From assembly GCF_037042905.1 (NCBI RefSeq), contig NC_087245.1:36210001-36274000 (forward strand): a DNA stretch of 64,000 nt. The letters run 5' to 3'. The DNA is from Lytechinus pictus (Eukaryota). The stretch's first letter is position 1, and the number at the start of each line of letters is the position of its first letter. The notes beneath the pieces are model-generated. The model was not told the DNA's origin. It did not search any database and saw only the letters and a program-made list of their open reading frames with translations. Shown in pieces: positions 13,099-25,067 of this stretch. The position numbers and the translations under genes were made by a program.

Positions 13099-13340
13099 GG
13101 AGAGGTGTTTTGCCGCAGTGGATAAGTGTCCAGACTATGTACCACAGGGTTCAGGGTTCCAATCCCACCACAGCACCCGCATTAACTGGCAGCGTGATCA
13201 GTGATCATCCACATTTGCCACTCTTCACCCAGGTCTAGTAAATGGGTACCCCTGAGGAAAGAATTCTGTAAATGCTTGGAAACTTAGCTGTGCTTAGCTG
13301 TGGTAAATCCAAGATAATGCAGTGCTTAGAAACATTGTAT
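13099..13340 (+). mobile_element. tRNA-derived SINE
   Basis: A-box and B-box-like head (GCCGCAGTGG...GGTTCCAATCCC) and ACCCAGGT..AAATGGGTACC core shared with 60842-61144 and 49060-49240. Confidence 0.65.
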
Positions 13341-13343
13341 CAA

Positions 13344-13900
13344 AGGGGAATCCAAAACAAATAAAAACTTGTTGTTAGAGAAAAAGAAAAATCGGACAAG
13401 ATGATAGGTGAAAGTTTGAACAATATCCGACAAACAATACAAAAGTTGTGAATTTTTAAAAGTTGTAAATATTAGTAATCACTATACCCGTGGAGATTTC
13501 AAATTGGCTGCATATGTGATGTCAAAGTGATGTAAGGCAAGGACTCCAATGCTTAAAATGGCTAAAATGTAAATTTTTCAAAAATTTTACTGAAAATCAT
13601 ATTTTTCTTTCATGAGGGCATAAAACAATACCAGATTACTGCCCAGGGAAATGAGTATTTAGGAGAAAACCACAAATCTGTGATAATTAAGTAGAAGGCC
13701 TATGGGGAAAGTCGTCCTTGTCCCTTGTCAAAATTTACTAACCCAGTTGCCAATTTGAAATCTACACAGTCTTAGGGATCTCAATTTTAAAATGGCCATA
13801 ACTTTCTTGCTGCTTGTCCGATTTCTTTCAAACTTTCACCGTTCTGTTTTACTTATTTTCTCCATTCCAAAACATTTTATGACCAAGGCTGGATTCCCCT
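13344..13900. mobile_element. Kolobok-like MITE family D
   Basis: AGGGGAATCCA...TGGATTCCCCT TIRs; second copy at 55605-56210. Confidence 0.75.
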
Positions 13901-14108
13901 CTGAATGTCATATGAGTGTCGCTTATTACTATTATCATCACTGTTGTTACAAGTAACTTTGCCTATTAAGTTGAATCGATTGAGGCCACAGACTTTGGCA
14001 AATATTCAAATTATATTGTACAACACCTACTTAGTTTTTTGTATGCGAGCAAATGGGAGACTGAATGTAAAACATTCATACCGTTACACACATGATGTAC
14101 CATCCAAA

Positions 14109-14613
14109 ATTTGTAGATTCATTGATCTTAAGACATGTCACCATGCTGTGCAAGCACTTATTCTTTCTCGGTTAGATTACTGCAATAGTTTATATACTTT
14201 TTTGTCAGCTAGGGATAGAAGAAAACTTGAGGTTATTCAGAATCGTGCCGCTCGATTAATTTTTGGCTTTGGATCCCGAACTCATACTACACCCCTACTT
14301 TAAGGAACTCCACTGGCTACCTCTATTCCAACGTATTTAATTTAAAGTAAGTTTATATGTATACAAAACTCTAAATCAATTGGCACCTGAATATCTTAAT
14401 AATACCATCAAATTATACACACCCTCTCGTAATCTTCGTTCAATCACTGACACATGCAGACTTTGCATTCCCTTGTCAAAACTCTCCTCTGCCGAAAAAC
14501 GTTTTGCTGTAGCAGCTGCCAAGACTTGGAATGCTATCCCTCTTTCTATAAGAAATGCTTCCAGTGTTCTTGGCTTCAAATCTTCCCTTAAGACATACCT
14601 TTTTCCTCAATAA
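14109..14613 (+). mobile_element. Decayed L2/CR1-group LINE ORF2 3' fragment
   Basis: LILSRLDYCNSL..KLEVIQNRAARLI..HTTPLL, then ELHWLP after a frameshift at ~14300 and a stop at ~14338, then APEYL..WNAIPLSIR..FKSSLKTYLF. Confidence 0.85.
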
Positions 14614-15146
14614 TTAATTTCCCTTTTTATCTTGAATATTGTAGTTATTAAATTATTATTCATGTTAAATTATTCATACATTGTACGCGCTATGGTACAA
14701 AATATACCATTGCACGGCTTTAGGAGGTGACGTCACAATACGATTCATCATTGCCCTCAGTGAAAAATGAAGGTGAAAGACGTGTATAGCCTGCTGGCTA
14801 AATGCACAATGCTGCCCGAGGTCATGTGCGCTTGTGGGATTTTACTTTTCACTTTCAAAATTGCCTCCTTTTCATAGATTACTGCAGGGAAAAACTCTTG
14901 TTTTTTCATATTTTCGCTAAAGTCCAAGGCATTGTACAACACAAATAGCAAACATTCTTATTTGTGCAATGGTGCGAGATTTCACATTCGATGAAAGAAA
15001 GAGACGCTCTATCCAACTCGGCTAACGCCTCGTTGAATACAGCATCTTTCTTTCACCTCGTGCAAAATCTTGCACCATCGCACTCATGCCTATTCGCTAT
15101 TTGTATAATAGTAGGCTGTAAATGCAAGTTTACTTGTATTAATTAC

Positions 15147-15374
15147 CTGAATTGCCTTGCAGCTGTGAGCTCTGTAGTTAGTCTTTGAGCCTTTCAACCC
15201 ATACAGGTGTCTGATGCCGTAGGTGTATCGTCTTTCATCCTTGACCCACGAGTGCTGGCATCCTCCACCTTGGTTCTCGTGGCAAGAAGGTGGCTTACAG
15301 TATTCCCTCTTCCAGAAATGGATGGCATCATCAACAGGGAGACCAATACTCTTCAAGAAGAGTGTATATTGGAT
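15147..15374 (-). CDS. PRIM2-like: PRIM2-like coding exon 4
   Basis: Acceptor ATTCAG and donor GTAATT; 228 nt, phase 0->0. Encodes IQYTLFLKSIGL...YTYGIRHLYGLKGSKTNYRAHSCKAIQ with the second Fe-S Cys. Confidence 0.9.
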
Positions 15375-15498
15375 CTGAATGATACATCAAGCATAAAAAG
15401 GTGACAAGCTTATTAATCATAACTATGGATTCAATTTTAAGAGCATAGATAAAGAACAGTACAGCCCATGTTGTATATAATCAACATATCAAATATAA

Positions 15499-16098
15499 AA
15501 CAAGAGTGTCGCTAAGGCGAGCACATAATACACCTGCCTGTAAGGCAGAAAATGCAGTTATTGGTCAAGCAAGAAAAGTGGAAGGTGGCGACTTCATCTT
15601 TGACCTTCTGATCTCAAAATCAATAGAACTGCTGGGATCTATGCTAGTATCATACACACCAAATTATATGAGCCTAGGTTAAGTTAAGCTTAAGTAATCA
15701 CGTTTAAAAGGACTTAAGAAGGGTAAGATGAAAATATGTCAGTGTGACCTTGACCTTTGGACCTCAAAATCAAAAGGCTTCCTGGGATCCATGCTAGTAT
15801 CATACACACAAAATTATATGAGCCTAGGTTAAGTTAAACTGATGTTATCGCATTTACAAGGACTGCAGAAGGGTAAGATGAAAACATGTCATTATGATCT
15901 TGACCTTTGACCTTTTGACCTCAAAATCAATAGGCTTCCTGGGATCCATGCTAGTATCATACACACCAAATTATATGAGCCTAGGTTAAGTCAAACTAAA
16001 GTGAAGTTATTGCGTTTACAAGGAAAAGTTAACGGACAGACGGACGGACACCGAGCGTGATACCATAATACGTCCCGTCTACGACGGGCGTATAAAAA
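15499..16098 (+). mobile_element. Helentron-associated (HINE/DINE-1-like) element with internal tandem repeats, in PRIM2-like intron 3
   Basis: AACAAG start, three ~150-157-bp units (CTGGGATC at 15632, 15782, 15939), a GACG/GACA microsatellite, a terminal CCCGTC-TAC-GACGGG hairpin, then ATAAAAA. Confidence 0.6.
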
Positions 16099-16324
16099 TG
16101 GAAGCATGCCATCATATGTCCCAAACCATGTAGCATCATCTCCTTCAATGACAAAACATCGAAGTTCAGTACAGTCGGGATGACATGATGAGAAATATAA
16201 ATGAGATGGCTCTGCAATGTGCAAATTTGTTTGGGTTAAAACAGTATCATTAGAGAACATGTGCAAACCATCAATTAAACTCTCATTTGTTGATCACAAA
16301 TAAAGATTACAGATGCAAGCTTAC

Positions 16325-16443
16325 TCTTGAAAAATGGCGTAGACGGTGCTTCCTCCTCAGCGACCGATGAAGATGGCTCATACACGGAGGGAAAAGTTGA
16401 TGAAGGTGGTCTATATCACACTCATGGATAGTATTGCTATCTC
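16325..16443 (-). CDS. PRIM2-like: PRIM2-like coding exon 3 (absent from the ORF track)
   Basis: Acceptor TTTTTCAACAG and donor GTAAGC; 119 nt, phase 1->0. Encodes DIDHLHQLFPPCMSHLHRSLRRKHRLRHFSR, matching the FPPCM...HHLRHGGR motif with the first Fe-S Cys. Confidence 0.9.
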
Positions 16444-16509
16444 CTGTTGAAAAATTGAAATGAAAATCTTTACTTTATAACCTATCAAAGTGCAAGAACT
16501 AACTTACAA

Positions 16510-16700
16510 GTACAGAAGTAGAAGAATAAGAAAGAGGAGAAGTAGAATAAGAAGGAGAAGGAGAAGAAAAAGAAGAAGGGGAGGAGGAATAGAAGAAAAG
16601 GAGAATTATTTTAGTATGGGGTTAGGGATAGTACAATGTTGTTAACGATAGTCGTTTAAAAACTGGGAAGAAGAAGATGATGAAGAAAAAGAAGAAACAT
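16510..16700 (+). repeat. GAA/GGA purine-rich simple repeat
   Basis: Direct inspection. Confidence 0.8.
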
Positions 16701-16819
16701 TATAGCATTGGGAAAAAGAGAGTCTGGATTAATGATATTCCAGGGTTAAGAAGCCACAATGAGAAAAGAGTATGGGTTATTGCTTTTGTCTTTGTGACTG
16801 GGAAACGAAAATGGATTAC

Positions 16820-17427
16820 CTGGAGCAGAGATGTTATTGCTTCTGAGTCCTGACTGAGATCTAAGATAAGATGCATGGACCTCTGTTGAGATCTTCCTCA
16901 TCCTATAATCATCCAGGAAACGACTGGGAACATGACGTGCAACCCTGATTCCCTCACGCAGAATATCCTCAAACATGGCTGCCATTACAACATGGAGACT
17001 CCAGAATGGCACAAAGGCAACACCCCTGTGTACGATCACCTGACGAGAGGCCACCAAACACAGGGCATGTTGAAAAGGAACAGCAAAGACACTGGATGAA
17101 TAGTCCATGTAAAGCTTCACTGCCTGTTTCCAGGATCCGGCAGCCTCAAGAATCGCGTCCAAGACATGCAGGAGATTACTGACAGCGATTGAGAACGCCT
17201 CATGGGATCTTGATATGGATGTAAGGGTCCGTTGCGGGAAAGCCGATTGGGCGGGTATGGCAGAGCTTAGTTCATGATGTCTTTGGAGTCTGCAGAGGAA
17301 GCGATGGGTGGCTTTCAAGAATTTCACAAGTTCGTCCGAGATCATACAGGAGAACCTGTGGCAGAAGAGTTCTGTCTCAGCCTTCAACAAGAAAGTGGAC
17401 AGCTCTGCATCAGAACTGCATATGAGT
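16820..17427 (-). CDS. PRIM2-like: PRIM2-like coding exon 2
   Basis: Acceptor TTTTGCTCCTACCAG and donor GTAATC; 608 nt, phase 2->1. LICSSDAELSTFLLKAETELFCHRF and VPFQHALCLVASRQVIVHRGVAFV match the p58 N-terminal domain pattern. Confidence 0.85.
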
Positions 17428-17708
17428 CTGGTAGGAGCAAAAGACATGTACTGTACTGTTACTTTTCTTCAGAATGAAATTTGTTCAGTGTCAAGCATGC
17501 AACCAAAAGAGGTGACTAGTTACCCAGAAGCAGCGGTTAAGAGTAGGATAATAATATCAATAACAGTACATCTTGGATGAGAATATTTCTAGACGACTGT
17601 CACTAAATCAATGTCTTATTATCATCACTACCAAAGTATATATTAGAGGGATTATATTTGCATTTTTTGTTAAATTTCAAATTGAAAAGTAATAGAAGTA
17701 AATCTAAA

Positions 17709-18120
17709 GGCAACCGCACACCTTACGATTGGTCTACGACTCAAGTTTGGAATAAAACGTAGTAGAATTTGATGCTAATATTGAGACTTGAAATATCTTA
17801 CTGGGTTATGTTCAAAATCATTGTACGAATACCTATATTCGAATCTGTGACTATGCTATCATCCTTCTTAGAATAAAAGCAAATTTAATATCTAGTCGTA
17901 ATGACGTCATAGCAGTCGTACAATTGGCTACGATTTGAAACTAATTTGGCTTTTACTCCAAAATAAAGGCTTGCAATCTTTCAAAATGGTTATACTTGTA
18001 TTCTTTCAATTAATATTAACCTCATATAAAATTATATGTTCCATTCACATTTTCAGAAATGAGCAAAATGCGGTTTGTTCCAAAATCGGATGGCGAACAG
18101 TCGTAAGGTGTGCGGTGGCC
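17709..18120. mobile_element. MITE with GGC..GCC termini, TAAA/TTAA flanks
   Basis: GGCAACCGCACACCTTACGA / TCGTAAGGTGTGCGGTGGCC TIRs. Confidence 0.75.
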
Positions 18121-18539
18121 TTAAGGGTTTCAATAATCCAGTCTTAATCCAGTCTTGACCCAGTAAGCAGGGGTGGCGGCCACATTTGCCTCACACTCAT
18201 AAAATTAACTTTTCCTCTCTATTTCTCTTTTCCAATCAGCGCATCCTTCATATCAGACCCAATCCTCCTACTCTTCTCCTACCTTCTCTTCGTCCATAAA
18301 TTACCAACCAATCTTACTAACACTAAATAATATCATTAATTTTGGACATCAAAGTGGTATTTCGAAAAGGTTTCAAAAATTGGGTTTTATTTCCCAGTTG
18401 CATGCGGCATATAACCCATCATGATCAGAAGATGCACACTTTTGCGTATCATCAATAAGATTATGTGTTAGAGACTGCATGCGCATTGACATTTAAACAT
18501 GATTCCAAGTCAATTAAAGTCTTTGTGAAACACCTCCTG

Positions 18540-18668
18540 GGTCCCGCACCACAAAGGTTAGCGATTGATTGTACGCTTGATTTTCACGATTGATTGCACA
18601 TTGTAGTCAATGCAATCAATCGTAGAGAAATGTTCTACGATCGTTGCTAAGCTTTGTGTTACGGGCCC
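18540..18668. mobile_element. 129-bp Harbinger-like MITE
   Basis: GGTCCCG..ACAAAG.TTAGC / GCTAAGCTTTGTGTTACGGGCCC TIRs with a CTG duplication. Fragments also at ~1800-1869 and ~1975-2040. Confidence 0.7.
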
Positions 18669-18701
18669 CTGGTCCAGAGTCCTCTGCAAGTTTTCACTCA
18701 C

Positions 18702-18913
18702 CGTAATAAAAAGTGTGAAATTCTGTCTTTCTTAGAACCCTCTATGAGGCAATCAGAGTCCACAGCAGTCGCGCCCTTCTCCAAGAGTTCCTGGAAATCC
18801 GTTGCTTCGGCACAATTCACGACTTCAACCAGAAAGTTCACCCGCCTCAGGGCATAAACTCGCAACTTCTCAAGGGTTCCAAATCCATCCGGTGGCTTGA
18901 TGTAATATGCCAT
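18702..18913 (-). CDS. PRIM2-like: DNA primase large subunit-like protein (divergent PRIM2 paralog), coding exon 1 of 5
   Basis: ATG in good context (CAAGATGG). MAYYIKPP...KKDRISHFLLR resembles PRIM2 FYLQPP...RRDHISHFILR. Donor GTGAGT at 18701, phase 2. Confidence 0.85.
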
Positions 18914-19487
18914 CTTGGTGCAGCTGAGGTTTTGTCATCTTCCTTTGTGCTAATCTCTGTGCACATCCATTCCTCTGTTGAATCAGAAAACATTTTATGT
19001 TTACCAAAGGGAAACAAAAAATTCGAAATCAATGCAAATTGCCATGCATCAGAGTAGATTGCATGATAATACTCCAATACAGAGATGCCAACCCTACAGG
19101 ATGGTTTTTAGGATTGACTCAGGAATATTTACATTTGCCAGGAACAAAAAGAGGTGTTTTCAGGGATACATAGCAACGCAGCATATTTTTGTGCGAAAAT
19201 GGGCAAAAATGCACATTAAATAATCAATCACTCTTAGAACTCTATTATAAGTAGAATGCCTTTGACAGTCTCGCCACTCATCCTACGAACGAGGTTATAA
19301 TATAACCTCGTTCTCGGCTGTATACCTCTCTATTGTTAAAATATACATTGGTCATTTTCCCCCCATCTGTTGCCCAAAGCATCGCGAATCAGTTCATACT
19401 TGAACTGATCCGTTGATGTAAACTGTTATTTTGACAGATATGACTTTAAATTAATAAATATGATATAAAAAATGAATAAAAACTCAC

Positions 19488-19600
19488 CGATTTCTCAACG
19501 TGAACCTCATCCATCTGCCTCCATTACGTCTATTGTGTTCGACAGTGACAAATCGAAAAAGAAAAAAGAACTCACGAAACCATAGAGGCTCATCAACCCG
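19488..19600 (-). other. Candidate 5' UTR exon of the PRIM2-like gene (5' edge approximate)
   Basis: Consensus donor CG|GTGAGT at 19488/19487, and a matching acceptor TTTTCTGATTCAACAG opening an exon at 18974, 61 nt before the ATG. Confidence 0.45.
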
Positions 19601-22513
19601 TTTGGACCACTGACCATTGATGTTTCGACGAAACTTTGCTTGTAATGAATTCTGGTAAGGAAGTCTTGATAGCCTCAATCAAGACAAATTTGCAATTTTG
19701 TTTCATGTTTATACAAAGTCAAAAGTGATACTAGTAGTTGTGAAAGTGGAATGAAATAAGACATTTTTGTATGAAATAAAAAAAAATTAAGGAGAAATTC
19801 AGTTGTTTCGATTTTGTTAATTTTCTGTTATGGGACTCTTGATGAAAAAGCCCCTTATTCTTTTCTAATTAATGAACCTGACGATAGAAATACTTTTCAC
19901 AAAGTTAGGCATTAATTTCCAAATTATTATGTAACAGAAATTCAGAATAACAAACTTTACTGTGGGTCTAATCAGGGGAGAATCCAGGATTTTCCATAGG
20001 GGGAGGGGGTGGTTTCTTTTACAGAAAAAAATAACAAGCTCCCCCCCCCCCCCCGTGAAGGAGATTTATGTAACGAATAATTTCACAATTATGATTTGAT
20101 TTTGATTTATTTGATTTAGTTATTTATTTATTATGATAACAGCTCCTCGCTATACAGTATGAAGTTTCAAGTTTGTTTTCATTGATTTAAAATCCTAACC
20201 TAAAGGATTTTCATTAAGAAATAAATAAAATAAAAAATCACTTACCACAATAAAGGCCTATTTAGGGGTAGATCACAATTTTCAAGGGGAGGGCGGGAAA
20301 GTTTCAAGTTAATTTAATTGATTTCAAATCCAAACATAAAGGATTACAATCAAATTAAATTAACAGTACAAATTATCAAACAAAATGGATGCAAAATAAA
20401 TGTGTTCTATGGCTTTCGAGGGGGTGGGCACGAGCCTGATGTGCTCCCCATCCTGGATAAATAAAAGAAACTCATTAAAAAGAATTGGAACGTAATTATG
20501 TTCTGTTTTATCACTTTGTCTTGAGTTTCTTGCCCCTTCCATTCTTTTCACATTTCAGCCTTTACCCATATTAATTTCAGGATGGTACAAAATGTTGGCT
20601 TACAAAAGTGATATGATGATGAATATTCCATAATAATATGAAAAATAATAGAAAACCAAAATAATAATATTAATAATTAACCCTTACAATGATAGTACTC
20701 AATAAAAGAGAGGCATCGGGGATCGAGAAAAGAAGCAATAACCCCCCCCCCAAAAAAAAAAGGCATCATATTTCCTTTCAGCATACGACAAGATACAGTT
20801 CATTATAGAATAAACTAAGCTGATGGCGCTAAAATTATTCTGATGTATAAAATAATAAAAATAAAATATTGTGTGTCAGGGGAGAAAGAGACTACTATCG
20901 CTGGATCTTGGATTTCCGAAATAGAAGCATCACCGGAAACAGGTATCTGTGGTGAGAAGCATTTTTATACAGCTTTGTAGAGGACAGTGGTGTGGTCGCT
21001 TCCGTTAGCTTTCTTTAATTGAGCACAAGAGGGCGCGTTACATCCTCTACGTAGAAGTCTATGCGCTGCTGAGGATCATGACAAATTTCATCATACATTC
21101 TGACGATTTACCGAAGAGTCCTCGAATAATTGACAAGATATCGTTGAGTCCAAGATAAATTCCAGCAACAACGGAAGGAAGATCAACGTTTGGTTCGGGG
21201 GGAAAGACTGGTAAGTCAAACTCTCTTACTTTTACATTTTTTATCACAAATTTTGTCTATGAGTACGCCTCACATACCTCTAGTCCCATCCCCTACCTTT
21301 TGCTGTTTGGCAAATGGTCGGGGATGACGAGTGAGTCTCGCCTGCATTTATGCAATTCAATATATACAGGAGATGTTAACAGTATCTTCAGTATCATACC
21401 AATAAAGGCATCATCATTATAATAGTAATTATTTATAATCATGTATTAAATTTTACAATTTGTTAAATAATAATTTTTATCTATAAATTCTTCTTCAAAA
21501 CGGCATTTTGTTACATCGATAATGGATGGTACGTCATGACGAAGCGATTCAAGGGTCAAGTCTATTGTATTTGCATTGTTGGCAACCGGATCGAGGGATC
21601 TACACAAGATCGGTCTGGTAAGAAACCTCTCATTTTTGCCATTCATAGTGAAATAATTTTTATCCCTTCATATGCATTAGGCGTATGATTGTTCATAGAC
21701 TAATATCACATACAAACCGATTTCACCCTGTAAACATGGATTTCCTAGGGAAATCCATCCGGGTGTGTAGGTCTTGCTTATGCATATGGAAAGAGTTTCA
21801 AGGCTCCGTGATGAAGAAGTATATGTCAAAATATTTTTAAATATCATCACGGAGTCCTCACCCTCAAGCCAGGGATCGCTACACTCCTAACGTTACAGTA
21901 AACAGACGGGCGTATAAAAATCAAGCATTTGTTCTGCAGAACAAGAGAAAATACGCCAAACATTAATTGCCAACCTTATTTTACCACACAGGAAGTAGTA
22001 ACCAACAGAGAACAAGGTTATAATATCATTATAAGTAACCTAATTTGTTCATTGATTGACTGTCACTATCATATCGAGAGGCATGAAACCGACACGCACA
22101 TGCACGTCTCGTATCGTCGCGTCGAAAACGGCCAGACCTGCCCCGCCGCCTCTCCTGCTCAGATCCGGTTACACTGACTCAGACTCAGTCTCTCTCAGAC
22201 TCACTATACCGTACTCACAAATATTGGTCACTGTCCGACTCCAAGGAAGCACGAAAGATTGAAAGTTGTGACCGAAGGGCCAGTTGACAGAATATGTGCT
22301 GTAATGCCAATAAAAATCACGAAATTAATTTACATTTACCACCATTCCCGTGTTTCTCCCATGTTTCTTACCTGGGCAAATTCCCGAGAAGTCCCTTTCT
22401 ACCTTTCTAATTTATTGGAAATTGTATGGCACGCCAAAATTGGTTTCTAAATTAGAATGAATACAGAATTAAATGCAGTTGATGACTGATGATCACAGTC
22501 GTACAGCACATGT

Positions 22514-23211
22514 ACATTTGGCTAAAAGCGAATATTTCCACACTTTGAATATAAATGTCCGTTTAATGTACGTATGGATTACATTCAATCCTTTGTTCAA
22601 ATAACAAGACAATATTATTAGGAGTTCATATTTTGGCGCTTCATGCGAAATATGTCAAAATATGAACTCCTAATTTGAGATCAAATTGTTTTGGATGAGA
22701 CTTTGAAAATGAAGCAATTAGAAAAGATCTGTATTTAACTTTGTTTTGTTTTTTATAATAAATTTGCGCTCATAAATTAAATTCCATTAAAGATTAAATC
22801 ATGAAAGAAATAATGGATAATCTGTCATACATGTTGTTTGTTTTTCTTTTTTTTTGTATTTATTTATTATTTTTAAGGGGCCTTTGATGATTACCAGTGT
22901 TTGTTTTTGTTTTGTTTTTTGCTGTCGAAATAATGTAAATTCGTAATGATAATATAGTGTAGAAAGTGTAACCCCCCCAAAAAAAAATGTTTCAATTAAG
23001 ATATTTTGTTGTAAAAAAATTCACTATTTCACTAAAGTAGGCCTAATGAAAATGTGAATGCCATAATTTTGTAATTCATAAGTCTGTATTCATAATTGGT
23101 AGACGTACTTTTAACCCTAGCTAGATTTAAACATGGAATGAATGGTAAGCGTGTGTGATCGCAAGGAAATTTAAATTCAAAGTGTGGAAATATTCGCTTT
23201 TAGCCAAATGT
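22514..23211. mobile_element. Element bounded by a perfect 37-bp inverted repeat
   Basis: ACATTTGGCTAAAAGCGAATATTTCCACACTTTGAAT at 22514-22550 and its reverse complement at 23175-23211. Confidence 0.65.
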
Positions 23212-23586
23212 GCAAGTACGCCTTTTTTTATTGCTTCATTTTCAAAACTTCATCCAACTTAACAATTTGATCTCAAAGTGGAAGTTCCCTTAAAATGACC
23301 CGTACTTCCTTCGAGGAAATGAAGGTCATTTTCGTCCCGAAATTTTACGAGCAAAAAAAAAGCTTGCCTATAAACTGAAGGTTTTGCTTGCTTCGACGAA
23401 ATGAAGGTCTTTAATTTCGTCCCGAGAAATTTGACAAGCCGGCCCCCCCCCAAAAAAAAATAGGGGGTTTCTGTAATAATATACATTTACAATTTTCCAT
23501 TTTTTCACACCTTCCAGAATTCCTGGGGGTGCTGCCTATGAAAAATAATACACGCAGCACCCCACGCTTCTCATCAGGGCCATGTA

Positions 23587-23753
23587 CACTCTAAAAAAAT
23601 GAAGTGCTAAAAATAGCTCTTATGGAGCTTGCATAGTGACTGCACTTCGAAGTGCTGATTTTTCTTGTTCAAATTTGAACCATCACCACTCCGAAGTGCA
23701 GTTACTATACACACTCCTTATAGAGCTAATTTAGCACTTCATTTTTTAGAGTA
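23587..23753. mobile_element. CACTCTAAAAAA MITE
   Basis: ACTCTAAAAAAATGAAGTGCTAAA / TTTAGCACTTCATTTTTTAGAGT TIRs, TA flanks. Confidence 0.75.
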
Positions 23754-23827
23754 TAGGCCTAGCTATATGGTATCTCACTTAACTGAAATTTGTAATATAG
23801 TGTATCATGATGAGGATATCCAATTAA

Positions 23828-24643
23828 TGCGAGCGCGAAGTGCGAGGCAGCTGAAAATGTTTAATATTGATCAGACCTGAAAATTTTACTTTCTAACGGC
23901 ATTCTCAGCATTTCCACATATTGAATTGATGCGAGATGAAAGCTCGATCGAGCGGAAATTTATAATTTATTGACCTAGCTGAGAACGGGAACAGAGAGTC
24001 CTGTTTATGACTCCCGGTTATGACTGTTTGCTGTGGTCGACTCACGAGGAGGATAGGCCTCCATATCTCACCCCAACCGAATAATGCGAGCGTGAAGCCC
24101 GAAGCTGAATTTTTTTGATATTCTGACCTCAACTTAATTGACATTCTAAGTACTTTTGTATCAATGATAGGATTATTGATGCAAGCGAGAAGCGTGAGCT
24201 GAAATACTGACCAGAAAACAGGAGAAGTTAACTGTATATAGGACTGTTTGCAGCCCATGAGGAAGATAGGTTTTAACCATCACATAAGGCGAGCGCGAAA
24301 CGCGAGCTGATTTTTTTTTTAATATTCTAACTTTAAAATTGGACATTGATCAGGAAGGGTAGATCTAAATAAATTATGTAACATTCCAACCTGATAATTA
24401 GACAATTTTTCTAATTACACTTTTTTAAAGTACATATTAGCGCAAAGCTAATAGTTTTGTCGATATAGACGTAATAACAGGACATTGCACACATTTCTTT
24501 TGTAATTTTTGATCGGTATCTAATTTAATATATGCGAGCTGGCAATTCTTGATATTCCCATTTGAAAAATGACATTATTAAGCATGTGTTTGATAATAAT
24601 AATAATAATAATAATGGTAATAATAATAATGATGATGATGATG

Positions 24644-24674
<31 letters not shown>

Positions 24675-24970
24675 TGATAATAATAATAATAATAATGATA
24701 ACAATGATAATAATAATAATAAAAATAAAAATAATAATAGGCCTATCCAATAAACATTGCAAACGCGAAGCGCTAAGTTTTTTGTGCATGGTTAAGACCT
24801 AAAAATTGGATACTCTATTCACTTTTGGTAATAATTAATGCATGGATGGGTGTCTTGATTAAGAAAAGATGCGAGCGCAAAGAGCGGGCTGAAAAATGTT
24901 AATATTCTCACATGAAAACTGGACATTGCAAACGAGTAAATGGGAGTGTGAAGCATGCATAAGCTGAAAT
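23828..24970 (+). repeat. Degenerate GCGAGCGCGAAGCGCGAGCTGA tandem array
   Basis: Core recurs at ~23829, 23930, 24086, 24180, 24289, 24760, 24870, 24950. Confidence 0.65.
24593..24740 (+). repeat. (AAT)n/(GAT)n microsatellite
   Basis: Direct inspection; explains the poly-N and poly-I ORFs. Confidence 0.95.
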
Positions 24971-25067
24971 TGTTGATATAGTACCGACTCAAAAGGGAAC
25001 ACATTAGCTTTTGCTGGGCAACGTACTCACCTATATAGGCCTACATTGAATCAGAAAACAGGGTTAA

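Noticed and set aside
13905..14613. Functional reverse transcriptase gene
   Set aside because: Only the C-terminal fragment is present, with a frameshift and a stop.
24520..24802. Poly-Ile and poly-Asn ORFs
   Set aside because: Translations of the (AAT)n microsatellite.
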